From Auanema rhodensis (Eukaryota; Animalia; Nematoda), in the NCBI GenBank assembly GCA_964057225.1, contig OZ059900.1, positions 9,300,001-9,364,000 of the forward strand: a DNA stretch of 64,000 nt, written 5' to 3'. Below are positions 51,466-64,000 of the stretch, piece by piece. Numbering within the stretch: the first letter of the stretch is position 1; the number at the start of each line of letters is the position of its first letter. The notes under the pieces were generated by a model. It searched no databases, was not told the origin of the DNA, and was given only the letters and a program-made list of their open reading frames with translations. Both the position numbers and the translations under genes were made by a program.

Positions 51466-52449
51466 TCCCTGCATCATTTCAACCATTTCTACAAGAAAAA
51501 GTTAACTCATCAGTTTAATTATAATTTGTCACCTGGTGTAATCTGGAACATATCTTTCTACAGTTGAATGAGTGTGGGCGCTTGCAACGTCCACTAAAAA
51601 CTAACGACCCTAAATAAAGTTGATAAGTTGTATATGTGTATCAAAGACGATAATGATGAGAAAAAGTATGTCGAGAGTGTCTTGCGAGATATAAATATAC
51701 GCCATATGAGACTAGCGCACAAAGCACAAAAGATTAAAAGAACAAAACAAATGCAGATAATAATCGGATCTGAACCGATATCAAATAATTATACAAAATA
51801 TTTCTTCTTTCTCGTTTTCTTTGAAAATAGGAACATTAACAAACAAATATAAATAAATGAAAGAAGTAAATTAACCATTAAGAACAACACCAATCAGAAA
51901 GAAATGAAAAATGTGAATGAATAAAATATTGCGACAAGGTGAATGTGAACTTTGGTCAGCAACACCACAAATTCTAAGATTTGAGTACGCAATAGATATA
52001 AAATAGATATTGAAGATAACAATAGAAATAATATGACAAAGATATAGAATAAAGCCGATAAACAAAAAAAAATATAATCTTTCACAGCAACATAAAGTTG
52101 GATGTGAAGCACAAAATATTTTAAATTTTGAAAATTCGAATGAATTATCATCAGAAAGTATCCAAAAAGATCAAGGAATGTTCAAATCGTCTTTTTGATA
52201 TAAGACATTGCTTGGAAAAAATAAAATATAAATAAAATCAATAAAATGAAGAGTTTAAACAAGTTTCAGTTGCTCAATGAACTTATTCAAATTTTCAAAT
52301 TTCAACCTATCAAAATACCCAAAAAAAAAAAGTTTTTCATAAGTATAGAAAATATGAAAGATAATTCGAAACAATCAGGTATAAGAAATATTTTGAACGG
52401 GCAGCTGTAGAGATAGGGGAATGGTGAGAGATCTTCAGAATAGCTCATC

Positions 52450-55400
52450 TCATTGAGTAGATGCGTTATCCGAATTTGCGTCAGAGTTTTCCGATTGAGG
52501 CAAAGGTTTTGAGTTCTGATTGTTCGATCCAGAACTGAACTTTTTCTTGTCTGAAATACTTTCATGTTTAATATGAAAAGGATTATGTTGAAATTCGATA
52601 GCCGCTGCTGCAGTTTAAACATTCGGGTGACAAGATTTGCATACAACAGCAGCCAAATGCAGTTATAGTTATAATAATTGATTCACAAACTCAATATTGA
52701 TATTCAAAAACAGTGATGATAATTAGATCGAAATTGTGGACTTTATTCAAAAAAATTTGATTCTGTAGCTGCAAAACTTACTTTGCGTTTTGCGTGAGGA
52801 TTTAGATTTTCCCCCCGACAGAGCTGATGATCTCTGAAGATTCGCAGGTGGAGGCAAAGTCATCTGGATTAAACTTGGTGGAGCTGGGCGAGGAGGTGTA
52901 GCCATGTTGCTCGAGCTGGTACCAGAAGAAGACAACATTGGTGAAGACCCTCCTTTGACAGGACTCTGCGAAGGATTCTGAGAGTGAATAGTTATTAATA
53001 AATAGACATCTGCAATTTACCTTCAGCGCATTTGTTATCAAGCTAGTAATAGTGCGCGACAGATCATTGTTCGGTTTGAACTGCCCTCCTGTTGTTGCTG
53101 AAGTATTCATACCAGATTGAGCATTGGCACCAGATACAGGTGTAACAGATTCCGTATTCTGTTGGAAAACAACAGAAGGTTGCGAAATCGATTTTTCCTT
53201 ATCTTCTTTGGGTTTTATTTCAGCTGAAACAAATTATAAAATACCGCTCATCGCATGCAAAGATTTACTTGGTAATGCTGGTGGTGGTTGTGTAAATGAA
53301 GTGACTCCGGGAACAAATGGTGGAGGAACCTAAAAAATAAAATTATACATGACGATGTTGCAGCTGTAATTAAAAACATTTCTAAACAATACTCACATTC
53401 AAATTCATTGTCGGGGGTTGTGGGGCCGGAGGAGGCTGCTGTGATGGATTAAATGGTTGAGCTGTCGGTGGTGGTTGCATCATCATCGATGGTAATGGAA
53501 CCTGAGCTCTAATGGTGAATATAGGCTCTTGCGAGGTAACGCTAGTCTTTTGACTTTCAACAGTTGGCACACTAGTTTCTGTGATAGTTACTGGTGGTGG
53601 TTTATCCATAACAGCTGGCGGTGGTACAAACATCGGTGGAGCTAGAAAGTGATCATTTTCATAACGAGCTCTACTAAATCAAATAAATAAAACTTACGAA
53701 TTGTGGTATTGATGACAGGTGGTTGTCCATCTGGCACTCCACTAAAAATTCCAAAACTTAGAAAAAAAAAGTTCAAACGAAAAATATGGCTTCAAACCAT
53801 ATTATGTTATGTTAATGGTGAACTAAAAACCAGAAAATGTCTTTTCGCCACAAACTCAAATATTCGTCTTATCTCATTTTTCTAGACCGCTAGTGCTACT
53901 CAAGTGCATATACTTGATAGCACACTATCAGCAGCCGGCTCCGAGAACGATTTTGAAAAATTCAAAAGAAACGCAAGAGCACGCGCTCTGGCACAAAAAA
54001 TGCTCCGCGCAACGCGTTAACCAGAATGTAAAATATTCTTTGATCACTTTTTCAACTATTTCAATCACATTTTATATTTATATTGTTTTTTATATTTTGC
54101 AATCCAATAAAACTAACTTCATCATGCTGGGCACAGTGGGAAACATGGAAAAGTTACTTGGAGCAGGAGTTGAGGTAGGCTGCTGAGTTGTAGGAGTAGG
54201 AACTAGAGGAGCTGCAAATGAATACGTAATGAGCAAACAAAACATAGAATTTTGTAATATTTGTTTAATCGACAACATCAAATTAGAGTAAATATTGCAT
54301 TATAAAAAAAACTAACCGTCGTTGATAGTAATATTATCCCCATCGATGCGTACAACTCCTTGCATAAATGCCGGTAATTCGGAATGAATGTTGCGAATAG
54401 AAATTTTCTCATCATCACACATTTTCATCAAATTACTAGAACAAATCACATTAGTTTGCTCCAAAACTCTTACCAAACTTTTTCAAGTTTTTCTTTTTCT
54501 CAATGAGAGAATCAAGTTCCAATTCCAGGATGAGCGCTTCATTAATGCTGGTAATAAGGTCCTCATCTGGAATGTCACCACCCTGAAAACAAATAAATGA
54601 GATTTCATTACTGCAATAAGTCATCAAGTAGCAGACTTTCTTTCTTAATAGAAATATCAATAAGACATTTGTAATATTTTTAAAACAATAGTATATAGCA
54701 TGAAATTCGAAAAGCTGTTAATTCACAATAGTTTTTGTTCTAGTTGCAGTTGAATAAACATTGACAATTAGGCGTTCAACTCAAGATCTTAACTATTGTT
54801 AATACATGTTATATTTTCATGGGAATGATTTGAGAAATGAGCCAAGCCAAAACTAAAAGTGGAGAAAAGAAGGAATGAAGAAAGGTGAATCCTCAGAGCT
54901 CATAAGGTACATGTTTACCGCGGAATTCAAATGAATTAGATTCATTAATCGTTCAAACTAGTATAAGTATGTACAATGGCTACTTGTAATTCTACTGTGA
55001 TTGCACTTTCAAATTTGAATATATTGACAGAAGTATGAGCATAATATGTCAAGTGGATTGAATTGCCTTGTATGAGAAAATGGACCTGATATGCATAAGA
55101 AAGGATAGCACAGATAAGAAGATGTAATTTTTCATTAAAAGTCTTGTTGAAGAATTAATCAATAAACTGTATAGTTGTATATCTATACTACTTATACAGA
55201 CTATGACCTAAATTGCATATTGATATGACTATTGGCTAACAACTATGTGAATTTCGACCGTGTGAATTCTACTTAGAGCAAACTGTCAGCTCACTATTAA
55301 TCTTGATCTTTTCCGAACAGTAAAAAAACGGATGGCGAATCAGAATGTCGAAATAAACCATACAATATTGCATGTAAGAGCAATTTCAGCTCACAACTCT

Positions 55401-58365
55401 TGTTATTTCAACTTCTTCACATTTCCCGTCCTTTTTTAGTCTCTACTTCAGCAACAAAACCAACATTGTTCATTACGTTAAGACAAGCACGCCTAGAGAA
55501 AAAACTTGATCTCGTTCATTTTGTACAGAACAGCAATAGGTTTCGATAGACTAGCTAAACATACATCAGAATGAAATATAAAATACATAAAATGATTATA
55601 AATCAAAGTTTTCTTCAGAGTAAATCGTGATAAATGAAATGCTGACTGTGACAATGTAAAAAGAAGTGACAGTGGACATATGAAAGACATATATCCCATA
55701 TGCAGAGAAGTGGTGGCAATAATTTGATATTTTTCTGACAGAGACAGCCACGTGTTGTAAAAATTTAAATAGTTAACGATTTTCAATATAAGGGATAGCG
55801 TTCAAATAGTTGCGTATGAGATCATTTTATTGTAAGATTTTTAGAAGAGAAAAGAAACAAGTTGAAGTTTTTTTAGAAACTGGTCCAGTCTTCAAAGATT
55901 CAAAAAAGAAAGTGTATTAAACAAGAGCATAATTATGTGAAAGATAATAATAAGAGGATGAAGGTGAAACAGGATATGGAGTGACATAGGTCGTGCCCTA
56001 GCATTGAAGAGAGTAGTGCTCTTTGACTCTCACTCTCTATCTCCTACACTATTTTGTTTACCATTCCCCTCTTCTCTTTTTCTACTATCTCATTTATGGT
56101 CTGAGCTATGTTCCAAACAGTAGCCTCTTACAACCTTTGATCTTTGGAAAGACTTAGATTAACCTAATCCCAAAGTCGGTATGTTATAGCAGATCGGAAC
56201 GATAGCTTAATACATACGGTAAGTATAAGTTTAAATTAGGCTCGTAATAGAAGTGGTCTGAACAAAAAATGAACATGCTTAGCTAGGGACGAAGTGAAGT
56301 GGAAATAAGGATACCCAGAGTATATAAATGAGAAATAACGATAGAACTTAAATTCTTTTAAAAAATCTTTGATTTTACGAACTTTAACTACATTCGTATT
56401 TGATTCGTTGACTACAAAAAAAAAAGAAAAAGCAAAAGCAAAAAAGTAGCAGTGCGCTTACTTGGCACTTCTCGCGGTCAATAGCCTTGTCTGATGCTTA
56501 GTCGAATGCCAACATTTACTTTTCATTCCGATAATAACAGATAACTGGGAAAGATGATCAGAAGAAGTAGCATCGTCAAGAGGATGCTCAAATATACAGA
56601 TAGGTGGAACGACAATAGACGATAGAAGTAAACCTTAATCTCCGTTTCTCGGTTAATTACGATTGAGAGCAAAGAAAGAGAGCAAAAGCTAAGAGTGAAA
56701 CTAACATTAAGGTTCGTGAAAGTGCGAAAGTGCTATTGCTTGAGGTCACTATTTGGCCTTTTAGCCAAAAGTCTTATACTTTTCTTTAAATATTAACAAA
56801 TACAAACCAAATGTAATATGGAAGAACATAAGTATTAAAAGCACAAATCACATGCTATGTAACTAATTTATACAAGCAGGTCACAACATTAGAAAACAAG
56901 TAGTATTCAGCATTAAGCCATATATTTACCATGTCCAATGTTTGATTAACGCAGCAAGGTATGCATCCTAATTCGCCTACCCATCTAACCGAAAAGGCTA
57001 TCTATCAAGAATGGCAAAAGATGTCAAGCGCTTTATTTATTTTCTGGACATCTTAATGAATCTTATCTCCATATGCAAGACAAAAAGACTTTCTTTCATA
57101 TAGCATCAAAAAAAAGATGTTTTCTTACAGTAGCAGAAAGAGAGAAAGTTGAAAGAAACACCGCAAACGGTTTGTGATTGATTGTTAGAAAATGTCTCCA
57201 TTCCTAAGTATACATGATTCACGTTAGTCTACGCATCAAATACTTTAGCGAAGGCCATAAAGTAATCTCATCATTGGTTTTAAGAAACATAACATTAGAA
57301 CCAGCTTAATTAATTTATCCCATTTTCTCATTTAGTAAGATAAATAAATGAAAACTAACCATTGCATCTCCCCGAACGATCATCTCATTGCATCGTTGCA
57401 TGAACATATTAGGATTGACCAATGCTTCACGTCGAATTAACGTTTGCAACTCTTCATACTTTCTTGATTCATCATCATTTTCCATAGATGTTGCATTTTC
57501 TTTCGCACTGTCCCTGGGACTGTCAATGCCGATCCGTCGTTTTCGGGATGGACCGTTGCTCTTATCCTTTGTTTGTACATTATCTTCCCTGAAACAAGAC
57601 GTTGAAATACTAAATTTAAAAACACAAAAATTATAAATAGTATTGCATATTCTAAGAAGGAAGGTTAGAACAAACAAAAACAAAAAAGAATCTTTTAGTT
57701 TTTGAGAAAATCATGAATATTAGTATTAAGAATCTATTAATGTAAAGCAGTCTCAACTGTACTTTCAACTAACTTCTTCATAGAACTCAAAAATCTGCAT
57801 TTTTGGTGAATAATTGCATTCGTTTCTTCGTTATCATCATACAGAGAAAACGAAATGGTGTTTGTGCTTCTGTTTGCATTCAGATCGCAAAATGCAACTT
57901 CAGAAACTTACTGAGACAACAAAGCAAAAGAGATAGTAGCGACTTCAGATCGTGTGATAACGAAAGAAGAAAAGTTTTAAGATTTGTCATACGAATATAT
58001 AGATGAAGGATTGCAACCAAACGAGAGAATTACGAAGAGAGATGACAATAAGACTGTGTGAACAAAATAATGATTGAGAGATGCTAGGAAGACGAAGAAG
58101 ACAGCCATGAAAATGACGATTGTAGACAAAAAGTAGAATAGAATCTAGAAATAGTTGCGATCAACTCAGTCGAGAAAGCTGATTTTCAAAACGAATGAAA
58201 AGAATCATGTAAATCGTTCCTTTGTTTAGTAAATTAAAAAAAAAATGTTGAAGTGAGTCGGAGGTGTGCTGGGATTAAAGTACAAGAAAAGAGGAAAAAA
58301 GTGGCAGCTATACTTACCGACGAAAATTTTTTTCATGCTGATCCTTCAATTCATCGTACCCAGGT
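52450..58365 (-). CDS. Multi-exon proline/serine-rich protein (5' end not found)
   Basis: About 11 phase-compatible exons, from PGYDELKDQHEKNFR (58365-58318) and EDNVQ...VRGDAM (57588-57360) through GGDIPDEDLI..., NLMKMCDDEK... and PPMFVPPPAV... to ...DNASTQ* (52450); canonical splice sites. Confidence 0.8.
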
Positions 58366-58754
58366 CTAAAATATGACAAAGATTACTTTTGTAAAGCTCC
58401 AACTAGATTCCGAAAAGATTTTTCACGAATAAAAAATATTAAATTAGAGTCTATTCTTGTAGAAGAACACCGAAAAAATGTTGGCAGCTAAGAATTGACC
58501 TAATTTGCCATCTACGTGCGTTTTTATTCAGAAAAAAATTTCTTTTGTTAGCATCCCTAGGCTGAAGATGAACATGCTATGTCAGTCGTAATACTCTATT
58601 AAAGAGCAAGATGAAAAGAATGAAATGAAGATCAAGATGAAGGCATCGAAAAAAGGGGAAAAACTAAAAAGGAATAAAAGCAAAATAGTGTACGAGATGT
58701 TGGAAAATAAAGAAAGAAAATGTGTAGAACAAAATGAAAAAATAGAGATTGGAG

Positions 58755-58866
58755 AAAAGAAGATGAACAAGAAGAAGACGAAGAATAAGAAGAAGACGAA
58801 GACGAAGACGAAGAAACGAGGAGAAGAAAAGAAAAAAGAAGAAGAAGAAAAAAGAAGAAAAGATGA
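58755..58866. repeat. GAA/GAAGAC low-complexity tract
   Basis: Imperfect (GAAGAC)n and (GAA)n runs. Confidence 0.8.
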
Positions 58867-61291
58867 GAGCAGTTGATGAGGGCCACGACATCGATGTCAA
58901 GAAAAGCTGATAGAAGAAGAAAATAACTGATGATGCTGATGTAACGGGTGATGGAAAAAAGAGAGAAGATGCTTAATTCAATGAATGTAAATATGGAAAT
59001 GGGAAACTATATTTATGTTGTTGAAAGCCAGATAGCATGTACGTTCACACCAACAATGTAATATAACCAACTATATGTAGATATGATACAAAATAGCTAT
59101 TTATCAATAGTTGACTTGATTGCCGGTTGAAACGTAATGAATGAATACGTTTGCTGAGATGGCTACACGAAAATTCACACAAGTTATGTATATCTTCATG
59201 TACAAGAATCATAATCGAGCAAAACTTGTCTATTTGAAACACTTTCATTATAGAATATGAAGTCTATTTATTTCTAAAAAAGGTTAGGAGTTTGGCGATA
59301 GCATATGAAATTGGCTAGATGCAATTTGAAGAAAAAAATTCAAAAAGGCTCACTTTTTGTTTTAAAAAAATGACATAAATTAGACTAGATTTGACGTAGC
59401 ACAAGTTCTTCATCATAAATGATAAAAAAGTGCTCGTGGGCGAGTGAATATACGTGCAGCGTGAGCAAAATTAGGGAGCCGTGAAGACTGCGCACTGAGA
59501 GCTAGAGTAAACACACAAGTTGCGAGGAAGAGAAAATTGGAGACAGAAAAGCAAAAGATAGAATACGACCACTAGAGAGATAAAGGGATGGGATAGGTAG
59601 TGATAGAAGAAAAGAAATAGTGAGAAATATTGGGAATAGTAGAGAATATGTTGAAGTATGTAGATGTATGAGTATCTGGAGACACAACTATACGTAACAA
59701 GAGAACTAGAAAAGAGATATTGAAAAAAGAGAGTAAGGATGGAAAAGAGAGAAAAAGAGACTTCCAGAAAGAGCATTGAGAAAAATTTAGCGTGGAAAGC
59801 TGAAACTTTCTAAGAAGTACAAATTCGGAGAGTAAAAGCAAATGAGATTTTAGGTATTGAGAGAGAATACAAGCCACATATAAAAGCTATAATTCTTATT
59901 TAGAAAAGGATCTGCCAACAATATTTTTAAATTACAAGAATTGGTCTGTATATAACAGGAGTGCTGCTTTTGATACTAAAAATTCAAATAAAAAATGATT
60001 TAACATTTACAGAGAGTACAGGGTAATTATCAGAAAAATTAGAAAAGTTATTTCAAAAAGCAGATAGAGATATGTAAAGCAGCAGAATGGAAACATAAAA
60101 TGAAAAAATAATCTTCCGGGAAAGCAGAGAAAAAAAGAAGAAAAAGTTGTGTAATAAATTAAATGTCAAAGAGCAGGAAAAGGAAATCCAGAGAGAATTA
60201 TCCGAAATTTGGAAACGGAGAGAACTTTTAACGAAAAAGTTTCGCAATACTGTAAAGTGAGTCCGAGACAAGATAAACAATATATTTATTTGAATAAGAA
60301 ATAATATCTGCCATACTGAAAGCATATAATGACAAAGAAAAAATCTAAAGTTGGATTTTTTATTCAATGAATTTGATTACGGGAAACTTGACGGAAAAAT
60401 TGTCAATCGTTGCAATTAGACGTTTTTCGAACACTTCTAGAATTTTTAATTCGTCTGGTGAGGTAGAATAGCCATCAATCAGAAACATCGGAAAACGGAA
60501 TAGAACAGCTGCTATCATTTCAATTCCAAAACATGGTGGGTAATGAAGAGAGGTGGAATCACAGTCAATGAAATTCAATACGTGGTAATAATATTAACCA
60601 GCTAGCAAAAAGAAAAGTAAAGTTGTTATATATTGTGCCGGTACGAAAGGCGAGTGATGAGCGATTATCTCTCAGGCATAGACGCCAATGAACAAACGAG
60701 GGAACTCGAAATCGATTACATAGTTTGGGTATTGATGATTGTGTAATGAATAAAAATCTTTTAGCGTCATTCTGGAACATGATGCTGTCTCAGGATAACA
60801 TGACTTTTCATATAAATAGGTTCAGATTCAGTGAAATCAAGATCATGAAAGAGCGTATTATTTTGGTAAATATCAAAAATAGCCGATCAATGTTGCGTGT
60901 CTAAGAATAGGAAATATCGATATAAAACATTCTTGAGATGAACATAAGCGGACTTAAGTCAGCATGCAAAGCGCATGTTGTATATGAATATTCATAAAAT
61001 GCAACGGAATCCACTCGCTCTTAATACATTCCAAAAATAAACTTTTCTATTTGTAAGTTTTTGAAGCTTATAAATACTTTAACTGCAACTGTCTTTTCTT
61101 CGAGTTTCAAAAAATTGAACAAAAACATGTTAAAAATCTTTTCATACATTTAAGCTGTATGTCATTTCTCCCTGAAAATTGTGGATAAGAAGTCGTCAAT
61201 ATCAAATTCCTCTATAATATTTGTCAATTCACCCACAAACTGCAGAAAAATAAATAACAGAACCAATAGGCCAATTTCACGCCGATATATA

Positions 61292-61294
<3 letters not shown>

Positions 61295-61341
<47 letters not shown>
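61295..61341. repeat. (AT)n microsatellite
   Basis: Uninterrupted AT run of about 23 units. Confidence 0.95.
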
Positions 61342-61345
<4 letters not shown>

Positions 61346-64000
61346 GTTTTTGACACATTTGACGTTCTCAATTTTATGAATGCCTTTCTAACTAGTAGAG
61401 AAAAAATAATGAATATATATATGTCCCTATATAACCTCAAAGAAAACAGTTTTCTTGGTGTGAGAAAACGCGATGCAGGAACTAAAACATGCTACGTCAA
61501 ACCAATAAAACCGTGAATCTTCCAGTTGTTTTAAAACATGGCAGAGAAGGAAATATCTAGAGAAAAATTAAGAAAGATTAATCTAAAATGTCTAGGATAG
61601 AAAAGTGGTTGTAATTGGCACAACAGAGAAAATAAGAAACTATGGAGCACATTGATGTTGAAGATCATTTCTTGATGACAATCCAAAAATTGAAGAAGAT
61701 TAATTGCATTTGACTTGATAAGATGATGAAATTTGTCAAGGAAATATAGACTTAACGACATTTTTGTTAAAATTGTTTAAAACATCCGGTTGGTCAAGAT
61801 ATTTGAACACTAATTGACTTGCGTGAGATTTGCGCAAAATAAGGAGAAAAAGCTTCAATCTTTACTCTTCGTTTCTGATACACGCTCAAGCATCAATTAG
61901 GGCAAGGAAAAATGATAAAAAAAGCTGAGAAAATACAGCTGTAATAAGCCCTAAAAGGAGACCAACTTCTAAAAATCATTAATCTTTTGTCAAATGTCCT
62001 TCTTAAAGACTGGAACCAGTGACAAACATCTTCCTAGCGATAACATTGAGCAGTAGAATCAAGACCTGTGAAACAAAGTCAAGGAAGTCACGGAGAGCGC
62101 AAACGAAGCCTAATCGCTCTCAGCCTTATTCGGCTGTTGTCAACAACGACTCGTCAACGTAACGACGTATATCAGAAAGAAAGTGTGACGCTAATGTTGA
62201 AAATGACAGCAACAACCTGATGGATTGGTTGATTCTATCATTGAACTTCAGTCGATTCGTTCCAATTTATTGTCAAAAATCAAACGACGATATCGCTTAC
62301 GCCTTGTTGAAGACGGAAGATATGACCAGAGTTTTGAGAGATTGCGCGAAATCAAAGTGCATACTACGCTAATGTGAGAAATAAATGCGGAGAAATTGTA
62401 TTAATAGATATAGACTAGAATATTTGCAAAATTAGAATAAACACGTGAAGTTCATGCCAAGATCTGAGCTTATTTCAAGCATAATCTGGTTGGACATCAT
62501 CAAATTGCATTAGAGCACCAAAATTTAACTGAATGGAAATTTTTCAATTAAGAGACTAAGACATTTCCATTTTTATATGTACATATTCTGAGGATGATTC
62601 AAGCAATCATACTATGAATATATCTTTATTTTGATGAGTTAAAACACATCTGTGAAACATATGAAGTAATAAACTTGCATGAATGCATAAAATTCTCGAG
62701 AGCAAAAAATCAAAAAACATTCCGAAGCACTCGAATAAATCGCATATGCGTTAAGATAAATCGGATATAATAATGCGAAATTCATAGCATTTACTTCTTT
62801 TAGTTTCAGCCAACTATCACGATTCTCGAGTAATTCAAAGATTTCAAAACATTTGTTCGGAAGTTCATCTTAATGAACACTCTATTCCCTAGCTATTTTT
62901 ATCTTCTTTTGCAAATACGGAAGAAAAACTAATAATCAAGGAAAACCATCAGCCTCAAACTACAATTGATCAAGGTCAAACCAGGTAGATGAAAAGTGAC
63001 GTGAAAACGTGAACAGGTAGCGGAAAATGTTAGATTACAAAAACTTTTCATTGACAAATTTGCGTTATTTTCCTGATGATGTTATTGCTTACTACACAGC
63101 AATAGTTCAAAACTTTATCAAGAGCATTTTATGAAAAAAGTTTATCGTATGAACTTTGGCAGAAACATTCTCTTAAATTCGCTATACTGATTCAAGTAAT
63201 TTTCAATGCAGTGACTTGCCATTGTTCAGAAAAGACTTACTTATTTTATTTCCGAACACAGAACAACGATTTACATATTGAGTAGGACAATAAGTTTTCG
63301 AAGTAAGCGGTTCCTATTTTTTTCTAAAAAAAAGACATAGAATAAAGCCCTAAAGCACATGACGAACGACAAATAATGCGGATATCAAAAAAAATCTGAG
63401 GATAACATATGCATACGTAAATGTAGAGAAATTTAAAAAATAATGCAGTTTATGTATTTCTTGCATATGGGGAATTTTGTTTGAAGCCTTAAAAAATATT
63501 GAATAGAAAGTAGATGTCATGTTCGAATTCAAATGTGGTAAAAGTTGTGTATAACTGAGTGAACTAACTAACAGTAGATTCTCAAATAAGCTTAATGATA
63601 AAAGTGAGCGCAACTATCTGTGTAGGAATTCTAGCGACCAGAAGTTGAAACAAAATGAAGAAGATAAGATAATGAAATTTCACCAAACAAACATAATCTA
63701 ACACCGAATGCTATTCAAGACCGATAATCAGAACTCCAAATGTTGAAAAACATATAGACTAATGCATCGTTCTACGTCATGATAACTCATTTCGCACAGA
63801 GAGAAGAGATTAAGGAAGTATTTGAGTGAGACTGTCCGCGCAAACAAACAATAAAACATTAGGATTTTAATGTTACAACAGTTGAAATAAGTGCCAGAGA
63901 TGTTTCTAGCGTATAAGGTCAAAAATTAACTATAAGAGATAAAGTATTAAAAGTTAGTAATGCTATCTAACTGAATTGTAAAAATATTTTTTCGTAGATT

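Noticed and set aside
58582-59877. Lys/Glu-rich and Phe/Ser/Leu-rich ORFs (also many at 2.5-6.9, 10.9-11.5 and 19.4-19.7 kb)
   Set aside because: Products of purine/pyrimidine-biased low-complexity DNA with few stop codons.
60360-61240. Exon-like minus-strand pieces (FVGELTNIIEEFDIDDF; DELKILEVFEKRL)
   Set aside because: Could not be assembled into a phase-consistent gene or linked to the proline-rich gene.
61508-61515. AAACCGTG as the right TIR of the hAT element
   Set aside because: Only 8 nt, 38 kb away, with no subterminal repeats or matching TSD.
1-64000. CRISPR arrays or prokaryotic operons
   Set aside because: Eukaryotic intron-containing DNA; no repeat-spacer structure seen.

Overview
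AT-rich nematode genomic DNA (42-47 nt introns, TTTTCAG acceptors, nematode-type 5S rRNA). 1-23.5 kb is mostly non-coding, with one exon of a secretin-family GPCR (seb-3-like) on the minus strand. 23.6-45.9 kb is a mobile/repeat island. It holds a decayed hAT transposon, cut off by a 10.3-kb tandem array of 3.86 near-identical 2676-bp units. Each unit carries a 5S rRNA gene and no recognisable SL1 gene; instead it has an intact three-exon protein gene (A, 160 aa) and a diverged paralogue (B) that sits behind its own 5S 3'-end remnant. A BEL/Pao LTR retrotransposon begins 61 bp upstream of the last 5S gene (LTR, tRNA-Gly PBS, open gag-protease ORF, inverted integrase-tail and phlebovirus-like env remnants). 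Next come a six-exon orphan gene and a 3-kb palindrome with inward-facing tRNA-like A/B boxes. 49-58.4 kb holds two ordinary minus-strand genes: an hnRNP A/B-like double-RRM gene with GC-AG intron(s) and a proline-rich multi-exon gene. The best candidate for an undescribed system is the protein-coding gene family built into the 5S rDNA repeat unit. All gene models and alignments were made by eye; no searches were run.
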